Below, piece after piece: positions 16,757 through 27,131 of a stretch of DNA of 64,000 bases; position 1 is the first letter of the stretch, and every line of letters starts with the position of its first letter. A program made the position numbers and the translations under genes. The notes beneath the pieces were generated by a model, which searched no databases, was not told where the DNA came from, and saw only the letters and a list, made by a program, of their open reading frames with translations. Source of the stretch: Candidatus Saccharimonadales bacterium (lineage in GTDB: Bacteria; Patescibacteriota; Saccharimonadia; Saccharimonadales; 2-12-FULL-41-12). The DNA lies in the NCBI GenBank assembly GCA_041600715.1, contig JBFIJM010000001.1, forward strand, positions 533,425 through 597,424. The letters are read 5' to 3'.

Positions 16757-18064
16757 CTAATCTTCTACAGTTACTGGGATTGCATGTCTTTTGTGAAGCG
16801 AGCTGACTACTAGCTTTCCAATCTCTTCATGAGTTCTCATAAGTAGTCGTTTAACAATCGTTAAACTCGCAACAAATTTTTGGATAATTTCATGCATCCC
16901 ATCTTCAGCATAAAGCTCATCGCGAAGATCTGAGAACTCATGTGAGGTTAGGATGTCTTTTTCTATCCAAATAGTGGCTATTTTTTTAATATCTGCTTCG
17001 TCGTATGGTATCCACATCAGTTCAAGAACACCACAAAATTCTTTTATTAATTCGGCTTCAAGTTTTGTTTTTTCTTGTATTGTGCCGAGTAATTCAGATT
17101 CTTCGATCTGCTTAGTTAGTTCATGAATTTTCACTACTTTTTCATGGAATACTTCTGACTGAGCTTCATCGGCATCTAATTCTTCCATACTAATTATAAA
17201 TTTTTCAAAACTTGAAAGAGTCTCCACTGCTCGTTTTACTTCTAACGGGTTTTCATTTGGCTCAACTTCGATTGGTTCATTAACCTCAGGGTAATATGAT
17301 AAAGATACTGGGAGTTCCTCACTTCTCTCATCGATAGAAATTGAGGGTTCTTGAGCCTCGGTAGAACCTTCCAAAATAACAGTTTCAGGTAGTTCGCTGT
17401 TGCCTTGATGCTCAGCGACAGGGCTCTCTTCTGTGGCGTGGTCTATGTATGCTCGGTCTATGTTCTCTTGCGGTACTTCGGTCTGCTCAACTACTGTCAA
17501 CATTTCTGTATGTATTTCTAACTCTGAATGAACTCTGTCCTCAGGTTCACTTTTGGTATCCTCTGATAGATTATTTTCTGGGGTAATTGCTATTTTTTCG
17601 TCTCCATAATTAGCCTCATCTACGATGACCGTCGGTTCAGAAGGTAAGATAATATTTTTTATCGGCTCATCTGGCCTTACTTCGGCATGTTGAGACTCAG
17701 CCATAGGGATAATATCTTTCTTATCCTCAATGTCTAAACTTTGAGATTGATCGTATGTTGAATCTTCCTGTTCGGTTGCTTCAGCCTGAGCTATCTCTTG
17801 ACCCTTAATGGTAGCGGTTGATTCTTGGTCAACAGTAGACTTAATAAAATTTATTTCGTCATTATCCTCGAAAACTACCTTAATAGCTTTTGCTTCTTTG
17901 ACTATATCTAAAGATGGGTGGTCAGAATTTTGAGTATCTACGTTTTGCTCATTAATTGAGCTCTTTTCTACATGCACTTCGGGTTCATCTTGTCTCATTG
18001 TTATCTTTTTTTCCTCTCTGTTTATTGCACCAGAAGATTCTGTGGCTGGTTTTTCTTCTGCCAC
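16757..18064 (-). CDS. Highly acidic hypothetical protein (possibly reached by frameshift from the upstream ORF)
   Basis: 435-aa Glu/Asp-rich ORF; frame stays open upstream through the A10 tract at 18097-18106. Confidence 0.7.
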   Translation of the reverse strand: MAEEKPATESSGAINREEKKITMRQDEPEVHVEKSSINEQNVDTQNSDHPSLDIVKEAKAIKVVFEDNDEINFIKSTVDQESTATIKGQEIAQAEATEQEDSTYDQSQSLDIEDKKDIIPMAESQHAEVRPDEPIKNIILPSEPTVIVDEANYGDEKIAITPENNLSEDTKSEPEDRVHSELEIHTEMLTVVEQTEVPQENIDRAYIDHATEESPVAEHQGNSELPETVILEGSTEAQEPSISIDERSEELPVSLSYYPEVNEPIEVEPNENPLEVKRAVETLSSFEKFIISMEELDADEAQSEVFHEKVVKIHELTKQIEESELLGTIQEKTKLEAELIKEFCGVLELMWIPYDEADIKKIATIWIEKDILTSHEFSDLRDELYAEDGMHEIIQKFVASLTIVKRLLMRTHEEIGKLVVSSLHKRHAIPVTVED

Positions 18065-18087
18065 TACTTCGGTTGCATTATCTGTCT

Positions 18088-18366
18088 CTAATTCAATTTT
18101 TTTTTTGGTAACTCGGTAGCAACATGTTCAAGGCGCATTAATGCGCCTTCTGTATTTGTAACTGCAGCACCACCTAAGGCAATTATGAAAGCTTTTTCTT
18201 CTTCGATACCGCTTTGTTCTAGTATTTTTATATTCTCTAATGCAGGGGCAAGAAATTGCTGTCCTTGCTCAGTATTGGCAAACTCTCCGATAGTCAATTG
18301 CTCTCCATCGGCAACACCAGGGACTGGACATCGAACAATTACATCGGCATATTTATCTAGATCCAT
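18088..18366 (-). CDS. Hypothetical protein ending in an A10 tract (PKKK)
   Basis: 92-aa ORF with TATACT upstream. Confidence 0.7.
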   Translation of the reverse strand: MDLDKYADVIVRCPVPGVADGEQLTIGEFANTEQGQQFLAPALENIKILEQSGIEEEKAFIIALGGAAVTNTEGALMRLEHVATELPKKKLN

Positions 18367-18402
18367 ACTTATAAACAGTATAGCTTGTGCTTAATCTTGA
18401 GT

Positions 18403-20076
18403 CTAGCGAGAGCCAATCTTAATTTTATTTAGTAGAGAGAGTCTCTTAATAATTTCATGACGCCACTCATATACAGCATAGCTCAATGCGCCAGTTGTTA
18501 AACCGCCTATAATTAGCCAGTTACTCCCATTTAGAGTCTCTGATGGTATATCGTGCACTTTAGCCTTCACCACATCTGATGCTCCAGCTATACTTCGGCA
18601 ACGATTGGTCTCTGGATTACGCTCCTGGCCTGTTTTACATGGAGCTAAGGTTGAAGCGGACGAGAGTACACTTCTGCATCGATTAGTCTCAGGGTTACGT
18701 TCTTGGCCTGCTTTGCATGGAGTGGGTGTTCCTGCATTAGTCACGACGGACCGGCAACGGTTTGTCTCGGGGTTTCGTTCTTGACTGGCTTTACACGGAG
18801 TGAGCTCAGTAGATCCGGACTCGATATTCTTACATCTGTTTGTTTCTGGATTTCTAAACTTACCTTCTGGACATAATTCAATGTCGTTTCCACCGCCAAC
18901 AGCACTTATAACTGCCTTAAGATTGGGTGCCCCAGGAGTAGGAATCGTTGAATATTGCCATATCTCATCAATTAATGCCCAAACCGCGTCGTCTTTAGGG
19001 TCGTTGTATGCATCGGTTTCACTGACCACGTTCCCTGCTGGGGCAGTAAGCCTGACGCTTGCAGTAGTGTTAGGGAGCACCAGACCCGTTAGACTATCGG
19101 GTAAAGCAACGTATGAAAAAGGGGCTAAAAGTTGATCTAGCACTGTATACGATTTAACGTACAACGGCCACAGCTCTAACTTATACCCTTTTAGATTCAC
19201 TTCTCTGTTGTTAGGGTTATATAGTTCGATATATTCTTTACCAGTATCACTTCCAGTGACGTTCGGCAATAATTCAGTAACCGTAATGGTAGCGTTTTCT
19301 TTTACTTCTGTGCACACATTATCGTTGTTAGATACAAAATTAGTTGGAACACTAATTTGCAAGCCTTCTAAATTCAGACACATATCTTGTTGGCATTCTG
19401 TGTTCTGATCTAGCAGGAATCCGTAGGGTATCTCCGGTTGCAATCCTTCAATGTTAGAGCAATGATCAACTATCGTAACTTCTTCTACAATCCCGGAAGG
19501 CGGGATGAGCTCAAGTATCTTGACTTCAAAATCGTAACTATTGTTACTGGTATCTATCCGACGGGTATTATCGGCGTCAGACTTTCTGCTCAGGAGTTGT
19601 CCAGCTCCGTGCGCAACTGAAGCATCGCCTTCAGGGTTTTTTGCACTCCCCCAGCCTAGCGTGTCAACTATTCTGTTGGACGAATCATACACGCGTAAGT
19701 GGCCTTCTTTTTCGTTCATCCCGGCAGTAAATACTTTGTCAGGAATAAAATTGTGAGTGTTATTAAATTCAGGAGATGCGAATCTAGCGTGTGTGAACGG
19801 CTCTAAAATCAATAACGTATTTGCGTTTGGAGGTACCAAACAAAGCAACCGTGTCTTCGTAGCATCACTTGCTGATGAATATTCAATGCACCAGTTTGTT
19901 ACGTCCACAGGGCTATCACTATTATTATAAACAGAGATAAATTCTTCTTTGGCGTCAGTGATGCCCTTGCCCTGAAACTCTGATATAACAACAGAGGCTG
20001 TTGCCAAGGGACTTAGACAAATTAAAGCAAGAAGAGTAATGCAAACGATGCTCCACCTCATCATCATGCTCGTCAT
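18403..20076 (-). CDS. Lamin-tail-domain (x2) surface protein with Cys repeats and C-terminal TM
   Basis: VVISE..EFISVYN and ITELLPN..EYIELYN..PTPGAPN LTD motifs; four C-x5-RNPETNRC repeats. Confidence 0.85.
   Translation of the reverse strand: MTSMMMRWSIVCITLLALICLSPLATASVVISEFQGKGITDAKEEFISVYNNSDSPVDVTNWCIEYSSASDATKTRLLCLVPPNANTLLILEPFTHARFASPEFNNTHNFIPDKVFTAGMNEKEGHLRVYDSSNRIVDTLGWGSAKNPEGDASVAHGAGQLLSRKSDADNTRRIDTSNNSYDFEVKILELIPPSGIVEEVTIVDHCSNIEGLQPEIPYGFLLDQNTECQQDMCLNLEGLQISVPTNFVSNNDNVCTEVKENATITVTELLPNVTGSDTGKEYIELYNPNNREVNLKGYKLELWPLYVKSYTVLDQLLAPFSYVALPDSLTGLVLPNTTASVRLTAPAGNVVSETDAYNDPKDDAVWALIDEIWQYSTIPTPGAPNLKAVISAVGGGNDIELCPEGKFRNPETNRCKNIESGSTELTPCKASQERNPETNRCRSVVTNAGTPTPCKAGQERNPETNRCRSVLSSASTLAPCKTGQERNPETNRCRSIAGASDVVKAKVHDIPSETLNGSNWLIIGGLTTGALSYAVYEWRHEIIKRLSLLNKIKIGSR
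18590..18873 (-). repeat. Four 26-codon Cys-pair repeats
   Basis: CPEGKFRNPETNRC, CKASQERNPETNRC, CKAGQERNPETNRC, CKTGQERNPETNRC. Confidence 0.9.
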
Positions 20077-20102
20077 GACTTAATTATAGTCAAAGCATAA
20101 CC

Positions 20103-21566
20103 TTAATCAATAATAGTTTTATCCTTCATGAAGTTATGATTTGTCTTTTTGAGTAAAAATAATACAAAAACTAGTAAGATTACATAGCTTACCCCGACAC
20201 CTAATCCACTTAGTTCGTATTCGGTTTTAGCATTAGGCAAACCAGCAATTAGTCCGATAATAAACGTGCAGTAATGGAGAAGTACTTCTGCTGGTATAGC
20301 AAAAAATGTAGCCCAAAAAGGTACTACTAATGAGGCGAGCCCCGCTATGAAAGTTGCTAGCATAGCTAGTGGGACGACAGGCAATACTAGTACATTAGCT
20401 AACAAAGCGAACATCGAATATGCACCGAAAGACGAAAGTATAATTGGCAGTGTCATTAATTGTGCAGACAAGGTAGCGATTAGGAGTTCCCTGATAATAC
20501 CGGGCCTTGACTGTGAACCCCAGAAATAATGATGTATTAGTGGAGCTAAAACCAAAACACCGAAAAAAGCACCGAATGATAAATACCAACCTATATCCCC
20601 CCAAACGTATGAGGGCTTATAGAGAACAGTGCACGTAGCTGAAAATATAAGCAATGATACTGGGTGAAACTTTCTTCCATAGTACCAAGCAAGAAGACTT
20701 AGCGATGCGACCAGTCCAGCACGTGACATCGAGGGGCTAAGGCCGGTTATACTCATAAAGCCTATTATCATTCCACTCCCAATCACCCCCGCAAGATATT
20801 TGGACACAGCAGAAAAAATTCGTCTGGCAAAGCTAACTAAAATTGTAAGATTATATCCGCTAGCAACAACTACGTGAGTGAGCCCAAGTATCTGAATTTG
20901 TTGAGATAAATTTTCTGGCAAGGCACTTTTTAGACCTAGTAAGTACCCTAGTCCTAAACTTAGTTCTGGTTCTGCGATAACGTTAGATACTCGTCCGGAA
21001 AATGCATCTCGTAAAATGAGCCCCAAATCATTTTGGCTTGTTCTGGTCACGTCTATTATTTCTGCTTTAAACATTGTGGCTACAAAATTTCCGAACCCTG
21101 GCATCAGTGTTCCTTCTATCCGAATTGTATCGCTACGATTTATTGATACCGTCTTGTCCCTTAAAGTTACCCATACCTCTCCGCCTACATAGTCATCTTC
21201 TATTTGGACTTTGTGCAGACGTAGTCTTGTTTCGCCTTTCTTTCCTAGCGAAGTATCCTCTGAAACCACTCCTTCCATTATCACTTTAGTGTTATAGAAC
21301 TGATCGTACTCATTAAGGCTTGTCTGCATAGCACTTCCACGCCATAAACCTATTAATAATCCAGCCAGTACAACTCCAACGATTCCAATCCTTAGCTTTC
21401 GAATAAATAAACAAGCCAATAAAATACACGCCCCGTAGAGCCATACAATACTATTGAATGTGCCCTCGTTAATAAAAGATGAAGCGACTACTCCTAAGAT
21501 AGTCGCCCCTGCGACAGTCGTGATATACGATGAGCTATGCAGGTGCTCCATCCACCACATTTTCAT
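20103..21566 (-). CDS. comEC: ComEC/Rec2 competence protein (DUF4131 plus Competence domain, no metallo-beta-lactamase domain)
   Basis: GLTHVVVASGYN, SPSMSRA, WYLSF, LLANVLVLP. Confidence 0.9.
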   Translation of the reverse strand: MKMWWMEHLHSSSYITTVAGATILGVVASSFINEGTFNSIVWLYGACILLACLFIRKLRIGIVGVVLAGLLIGLWRGSAMQTSLNEYDQFYNTKVIMEGVVSEDTSLGKKGETRLRLHKVQIEDDYVGGEVWVTLRDKTVSINRSDTIRIEGTLMPGFGNFVATMFKAEIIDVTRTSQNDLGLILRDAFSGRVSNVIAEPELSLGLGYLLGLKSALPENLSQQIQILGLTHVVVASGYNLTILVSFARRIFSAVSKYLAGVIGSGMIIGFMSITGLSPSMSRAGLVASLSLLAWYYGRKFHPVSLLIFSATCTVLYKPSYVWGDIGWYLSFGAFFGVLVLAPLIHHYFWGSQSRPGIIRELLIATLSAQLMTLPIILSSFGAYSMFALLANVLVLPVVPLAMLATFIAGLASLVVPFWATFFAIPAEVLLHYCTFIIGLIAGLPNAKTEYELSGLGVGVSYVILLVFVLFLLKKTNHNFMKDKTIID

Positions 21567-21598
21567 GTGCTCAGTATCTCAGTTCTTGTATATTTCGG

Positions 21599-22324
21599 CT
21601 AGAGAATTTGATCGACGTACGGTAATTGCTGATCTGGGCAACTAGCTAATACTCTTTTCATTGCGTTGTGTTCTGCTTCTGTAACCCATAACTCGTATTT
21701 CTGTTTTACAGCAATCTGTCGGGCAACATACATACATCGATATGCCTTGTTTGGAGGAAGCCACGAAGCCGAGTCACTGTCACTCTTTTGCGTATTTGCT
21801 TTTCCGTTTACAGCCAGTAGGTTAAGCCCATCGTTTGATAGTTCTATTCGACGCTCTTTATCTAGATTCTGGGCGCCTTTTTGCCACGCATCAGAAAGAG
21901 CCACCACATGGTCTATTTGGACATCATCACTTGTTCCTGGACCGCGAATAAAAGCTTGTTGATTGCCTGTATAAGGATCATCTAGGATGCCAGAGATGAC
22001 TGTACAGTCTTCTGCACTACGAGTCTGCACATTTGTTAGATCACGCATAAGAATATAATTACGTACATCACACCCATCTAACATCCCCCATCCTTGACCA
22101 AACTGAGACCGACTATAGCCTGTCTTAGGTGCTCGACCTTTCACTTCTATTGTGGCAAGCACTTCTAACGCCTTTTTGGATGAAGGTTTATTCTCTAAAA
22201 CACTTGTGCCGGCAACCTTTTCAGTGGTTTTTTGGGGTCGATTTAGATCACCTATTAGGGCAACAGCAAATGACAAAACAATAGCCACTAGTAATACTGT
22301 AGTCCGCCGTTTTCGTTCTATCAT
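21599..22324 (-). CDS. Secreted HNH endonuclease (DUF1524-like)
   Basis: GYSRSQFG.GW, QIDHVVALSDAWQKGA, NLLAV..AN..KSD, WLPPN. Confidence 0.88.
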   Translation of the reverse strand: MIERKRRTTVLLVAIVLSFAVALIGDLNRPQKTTEKVAGTSVLENKPSSKKALEVLATIEVKGRAPKTGYSRSQFGQGWGMLDGCDVRNYILMRDLTNVQTRSAEDCTVISGILDDPYTGNQQAFIRGPGTSDDVQIDHVVALSDAWQKGAQNLDKERRIELSNDGLNLLAVNGKANTQKSDSDSASWLPPNKAYRCMYVARQIAVKQKYELWVTEAEHNAMKRVLASCPDQQLPYVDQIL

Positions 22325-22333
22325 TACCCTATT

Positions 22334-22765
22334 CTAACGCAGTAGAAACTTAGACCAGGCATTTAAATTCCTCTGGAATTTATTACTAGAGCCTGATGCT
22401 TCAGGCGAATACTCTTCTGGTACGGTTCTTGTAGTTACATATCGTAAAGCCACTTCTTCCGGCACCGTGTAAAGCTTCTCCCCAGGTGATGCCTTCCCAA
22501 ACTGGCGACGCGAGGCAAGCTCTAAAAATTGGCTAGTTTGATAGTAAGTATTACGTAGCTTTAAATTCTGGTTCTCTAATTTATTGATCGCATTTTCCTG
22601 TCTAGCGATAGAGATTTTCTTTTCTAGCTCATAATTAGTCTGCACAACCTTAACACCACTCCAGGTTACTAAAATCGCCACAACCCCAAATGCAAGTAAG
22701 CTCAAAACCCTTGTGTCGGTGAGCATCTGTAGTTTATCTGAGATACTTTTTATTTTTTTATTCAT
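22334..22765 (-). CDS. Septum formation initiator (FtsB/DivIC-like); start likely ATG 22765
   Basis: TM plus coiled coil plus ELASRRQFGKASPGEK motif. Confidence 0.75.
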   Translation of the reverse strand: MNKKIKSISDKLQMLTDTRVLSLLAFGVVAILVTWSGVKVVQTNYELEKKISIARQENAINKLENQNLKLRNTYYQTSQFLELASRRQFGKASPGEKLYTVPEEVALRYVTTRTVPEEYSPEASGSSNKFQRNLNAWSKFLLR

Positions 22766-22868
22766 AGTGCTAAAGATAAGTATACAATATTTAGCCTCTT
22801 TAGGCACGAGTACATGGCTTTACATACAATAACTTTAGGAGTAATCTCATCACTGAAGGAGTTAACAC

Positions 22869-23378
22869 GTGAAATCACTGATCGAATTTATTTACTCGGG
22901 AATTATAGGCATTGCTGTCGCACTATTCGTTGGCTTTAGCATATGGGCAGTATACCCAGAACCACAATATCCTACTGATAGCTATCCGGACTTAAGCCTA
23001 AACTACTCAGCAAATGGACAACTAGATACTGCAGGCAAAGCAAAGGAAGACGAATATAATAAAAGATTCGACCAGTACGATATAGACCAGAAAACATACG
23101 CTAATTCTGTTGCTATCGTTGCCCTCTTCTCCGGAGTAATCTTTTACATTATTGGTATATGGGCCGTTCGTAAAAACGAAGTGATAGGAGAGGGGCTTTT
23201 ATTTGGTGGCGTATTAGTTGCAGTGTACAGCCTCATTCGTTCATCTTCCACATTTGGTGATAGTGATACCGCAGGTAGGATCATTGTGTTCTTATCTGTT
23301 ACCGCTACGCTTATTATGGCACTTACCATGACGTATCTTAAGTTTAGTGACCCAACAAAGAAGCCAGTAGGCAAATAA
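22869..23378 (+). CDS. Hypothetical membrane protein
   Basis: About four TM helices. Confidence 0.75.
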   Translation: MKSLIEFIYSGIIGIAVALFVGFSIWAVYPEPQYPTDSYPDLSLNYSANGQLDTAGKAKEDEYNKRFDQYDIDQKTYANSVAIVALFSGVIFYIIGIWAVRKNEVIGEGLLFGGVLVAVYSLIRSSSTFGDSDTAGRIIVFLSVTATLIMALTMTYLKFSDPTKKPVGK

Positions 23379-23410
23379 TCTGATATACTCAATCTGTTAA
23401 GTACCACCGA

Positions 23411-23486
23411 GGGGGTGTAGCTCAGTGGTTAGAGCAGTCGGCTCATAACCGATTGGTCGCTGGTTCAAGTCCAGCCACCCCCACCA
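23411..23486 (+). tRNA. tRNA-Ile2 (CAT, lysidine-modified), probable
   Basis: Cloverleaf with CTCATAA loop; D arm and T arm (GCTGGTTCAAGTCCAGC) resemble known ileX tRNAs; the other two CAU tRNAs fit fMet and Met. Confidence 0.85.
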
Positions 23487-23542
23487 ATATATAACTATCT
23501 CACTTTGTGGATACTTACATATTCATATTTAATTTGTAGCTG

Positions 23543-24163
23543 TTAGTATTTTAGTATCTCGATCTGTTCTGTTTTAGGGTTAGGGGTTTTTCTTTTAGCT
23601 TTATGTAGTTGTTCTATTAGGCTCTCTGCTCCGGGCTCAAACTTATTTTTTTGTAGTTGTACAAATTCACGCTTTTTCTTTTGTATTAATGCATGCCCAC
23701 CTATAGGCTTACCTTTTGGCGCGCCTTGAACTTCTGTAAGCTTGGCAAGCACTTGCTCGCGCATTTCTGCACTACAGTTTAGTGGCGCTGTTTCTAAGTA
23801 CCTATAGTCTTCTGCTTGTTTATCCACCTCACTAATAAATACCTTATGATATCTATCCATCTCATAAAGATTGCTTCGCATAGATTCTGCGTCCTCTTTA
23901 ACCCATTGTCCGGCATAGGCAATTCTTGTAGACCATTTTTTTCTGTATGACTCATATCGCCTTTCTTCGGTGTCTTTATAGGATGTAAGTAGTTGGGATC
24001 TATAATTAAGAACACCGATACGCTGTGAGCACGATGCGTCATCCAAAACGATCTCTGGCGTTTCATTCTTTTCTTGGGCAAGGACAATTAATGGCGCAAC
24101 CATGCCTGCTAACAATACGCCAGCAATAATCATTAGCTTGGGGTTCTTTATATATTTATTCAT
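23543..24163 (-). CDS. Hypothetical secreted helical protein
   Basis: Signal/TM at N-terminus; overlaps the stop of the upstream large gene. Confidence 0.75.
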   Translation of the reverse strand: MNKYIKNPKLMIIAGVLLAGMVAPLIVLAQEKNETPEIVLDDASCSQRIGVLNYRSQLLTSYKDTEERRYESYRKKWSTRIAYAGQWVKEDAESMRSNLYEMDRYHKVFISEVDKQAEDYRYLETAPLNCSAEMREQVLAKLTEVQGAPKGKPIGGHALIQKKKREFVQLQKNKFEPGAESLIEQLHKAKRKTPNPKTEQIEILKY

Positions 24164-27116
24164 CTTTTTTATCCATAGTCTCCGGAGTATGAATCACGGG
24201 TTCACTTGATGGTAGAGGCTGAAGATCAACGTCACTCATATACGCTACCTTCATAGCATTTCTTTGCTGACGCCGACTAACAATCAATGCCCCTGCCACT
24301 GCAGAAACAGCAAGTGGAACAGCTACATACACAATCAATGGGATGCGTCTGTCGTCATTATTTCCCATAATCGCTAGGCGTAGGGGAGATTTTGATCGCA
24401 TAGTAAATTTCGTCGTCTTGTCACCCTTAACGCGTTTAGCACTGGCGTACTTTACTCGCCCCTTACTCTTAGTGCCGTCAGTAGAAACTTCCTCCCAGTC
24501 TACTCCATCGAATGCATACAGCCCGTCATCTTCGTCAAATTCGCTCTCATCAAACTCAAATTCGTATTCTACCTCTTCATCAAACTGGTCAACCATATCC
24601 CCATCCTCTTCGCGACAAGTTAGACCATACACCTTTTCTGCGTCACCATACTCATCGAGCATGTCATCATAATCATCAGAATATTCGTTAAGGGCGCAGG
24701 CCATGTTTTTCTTATGCGCTGATACAGGAATACTCACCACCGCTCCACTTTCCTGAGCTTTTATTATAACCTTAGGAACTTCTTCCTTATCAAGATCAGC
24801 CTCTTCATCAACAAGTTCTTCAGGATCGTCGTCCTCAGTAGAGTCGACTTCCTCTTCAGTTTCCTCTTCTGTAGCCCCATCACTACTTAGTTCAGCGATC
24901 ACGTCAGGGGTTAATGGAGTGGTAGTGATTTGAACTAGACCTGGCGTTGATATCCCTATTGCTCGCTCGTCATCATCTCCAGTTTTAGCATAAACTTCGT
25001 ATGTATAAGTTGATGGATAGGCAAGTGGGAATTCTGGACCTCCAGATACGCCATTAGTTGTGGTTCCATCATCTTCACAGTTTAAGCCATTAGACGGATC
25101 AGTAGGGTTATTAGGATCAGCATTAGTTGGCAATGTAGCTTCTGTGTCCTCACAGCTCTCAATAATTACCTTAGTACCGCCGTTGGTTCTATATACGTCA
25201 TATGTAACATCACCAGCAATCGGGGGCACTGATGAAGCTTGCCATGTAATTTGTATGTTACCCGCATCGTCCTGAATAGCGGTAACATTACCCGGGGGTG
25301 ATGGTGGCAGTGCTGGACACATTAAAGGATCTCCATCCTCATCCTCATTAGTCTCTGGGTTGCAGTCAGTTGCAATACTTGTCTTAGCTACCACGCTACT
25401 CCCTGATCCACTTGTTAGAAGCTCAAAATTGGGGTTAGTGTGGCCAGAGTCAAGCGCTAGTCTCATTAGCTCCAGTAGTGTTACGTTGGGGTTATCCTTC
25501 CTAACAGGCGCAGGGATTGCATTAAGCTGGACCGCAAGCTCCTTAGAAACTTCTCGTTCTTTTCCTCCTGCCACGAATCTAACACCTGATTGAGTTATAA
25601 CCTGTCGAACTGCAGGAGGCTTGGTATCTTGGGGCGCTTGAGAATCTGATTCAGTGACAGCATCATCTGTAGAGACGCTTTGGGAAATAACTGGCAATGG
25701 CGCAGACTTATCCATCCAGATTTCTAACTGGGTTTCTTCATTATCTTTCACCACGAACTGCTTGCCTGCAGTAGTCGATGCGACAGATTCACCAGTGCCG
25801 TGGAATGTACCTCCACTAGTAATTCTGAAGCTCCTGAAACTATAGTTGGCAGGTATGGAAAGATAGCTTATCTCATATGTTTTTGATCCGTCGGATGATG
25901 TCCAACACCTGTTAAAATGGGCTTTGGCATAATTAGAGCTAGGGTTGTCGCTCCCATTTGTATCAGTGGTTTTATTGTACTCATCACAATTTCTTGACAC
26001 ATCAGATATCTGATATTGGCTTCCTGAGGCTTTAACATGCACTGTCACGTTACCTTGGCGAATTTTACTACCCCCATTGTAGTCATAGCTAATTATTCGT
26101 ATCTTGCCATTTTTTTGCCCTGCAGGAGCTGGACTACTTGGTGTAGCCAGGGGCTGTACTGGGGTAGATGCAACAGATTTTGGCTTCATAAACACAGCTA
26201 CTGACCGGATCTTATCTTTATCGATATCGAATTTACCATCTGGCAATACTGGCCAAGAAGACCCCCCCGCATCAATATCTCTTATACTAGCCAGGTCGTA
26301 TTCTGGATGTGAACCACTTATTTGATACTGCTTTTTACCAGTTGATTCACTCACTTGACACGAATTAAGCAAGACAGTGGCATACTCATCGTGTTCTCTT
26401 GGACGCGTAGGTTCACTAATACTTTCGGCTTCCATGCGCTCACAGCTAAACGTCGCCCCGCTTGGTGCCGGAACAGACTGTAGACTGATCTTTATATTAC
26501 CTCGTCGTTTTGGCTTAGTAAAATCACCATTTTCGTATTCATAGGTAATTATTCTTAGCTTACCTGTTGCAGATGAAACTGTCGGGGACGGAGTAGGTGG
26601 TGCAGGCGCAGGCGCTGGAGTAGGTGGTGCAGGCGCAGGAGGCGTTAAATCCTCCATCCATACTTGTAATGAAGTTGTGTCACCCTTTACAACCTTAAAA
26701 CTATTTCCTGCTTCTATAGGACGACCTGGTCCATGGTTCGAATGCAGACTTCTAAATGCATATCCTGCTCTATCGGCAGTAGTTAATCTATACATTTTGG
26801 CCGAGCCATTATTGGCGACCTGACACCCAGTAAGCGTTACAGAATTATCACCTGAGGCGTTTGTTGTTCCTGTATTTGAAGTACAGCTTTGAGGCCCTCC
26901 AACAGCCTCGACGGCAATATTTACATTTCCAATCGGCGTTTGTACGCCGTTAATAAATACATAGGAGGTAATTTTTATAGAACCCGAGTTAGTTGAGGCA
27001 GAGGAAAAGAATAAAGCTTTTGCACCAGCAGTACTCATAATAAGCACCCAGATAATAGCAAACGTCCTACTGAACCTAATAGGAGCTTTCAGTGCAGGGC
27101 TATAAGTCGGCATCAT
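24156..27116 (-). CDS. Large surface protein: three repeated Cys-containing beta domains, FN3-like domain, acidic stalk, C-terminal TM
   Basis: Repeats G.I.I.SY...GN...C...C..S..G.K.Y...F.V...L.VWM; PPGNVTA...ITWQAS...YDVYR...YTYEVYA FN3 signature. Confidence 0.8.
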   Translation of the reverse strand: MMPTYSPALKAPIRFSRTFAIIWVLIMSTAGAKALFFSSASTNSGSIKITSYVFINGVQTPIGNVNIAVEAVGGPQSCTSNTGTTNASGDNSVTLTGCQVANNGSAKMYRLTTADRAGYAFRSLHSNHGPGRPIEAGNSFKVVKGDTTSLQVWMEDLTPPAPAPPTPAPAPAPPTPSPTVSSATGKLRIITYEYENGDFTKPKRRGNIKISLQSVPAPSGATFSCERMEAESISEPTRPREHDEYATVLLNSCQVSESTGKKQYQISGSHPEYDLASIRDIDAGGSSWPVLPDGKFDIDKDKIRSVAVFMKPKSVASTPVQPLATPSSPAPAGQKNGKIRIISYDYNGGSKIRQGNVTVHVKASGSQYQISDVSRNCDEYNKTTDTNGSDNPSSNYAKAHFNRCWTSSDGSKTYEISYLSIPANYSFRSFRITSGGTFHGTGESVASTTAGKQFVVKDNEETQLEIWMDKSAPLPVISQSVSTDDAVTESDSQAPQDTKPPAVRQVITQSGVRFVAGGKEREVSKELAVQLNAIPAPVRKDNPNVTLLELMRLALDSGHTNPNFELLTSGSGSSVVAKTSIATDCNPETNEDEDGDPLMCPALPPSPPGNVTAIQDDAGNIQITWQASSVPPIAGDVTYDVYRTNGGTKVIIESCEDTEATLPTNADPNNPTDPSNGLNCEDDGTTTNGVSGGPEFPLAYPSTYTYEVYAKTGDDDERAIGISTPGLVQITTTPLTPDVIAELSSDGATEEETEEEVDSTEDDDPEELVDEEADLDKEEVPKVIIKAQESGAVVSIPVSAHKKNMACALNEYSDDYDDMLDEYGDAEKVYGLTCREEDGDMVDQFDEEVEYEFEFDESEFDEDDGLYAFDGVDWEEVSTDGTKSKGRVKYASAKRVKGDKTTKFTMRSKSPLRLAIMGNNDDRRIPLIVYVAVPLAVSAVAGALIVSRRQQRNAMKVAYMSDVDLQPLPSSEPVIHTPETMDKKDE
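26590..26639. repeat. 27-bp-period direct repeat encoding a Pro-rich linker
   Basis: GGAGTAGGTGGTGCAGGCGCAGG at 26590 and 26617. Confidence 0.85.
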
Positions 27117-27131
27117 AATTTATATGTCATC

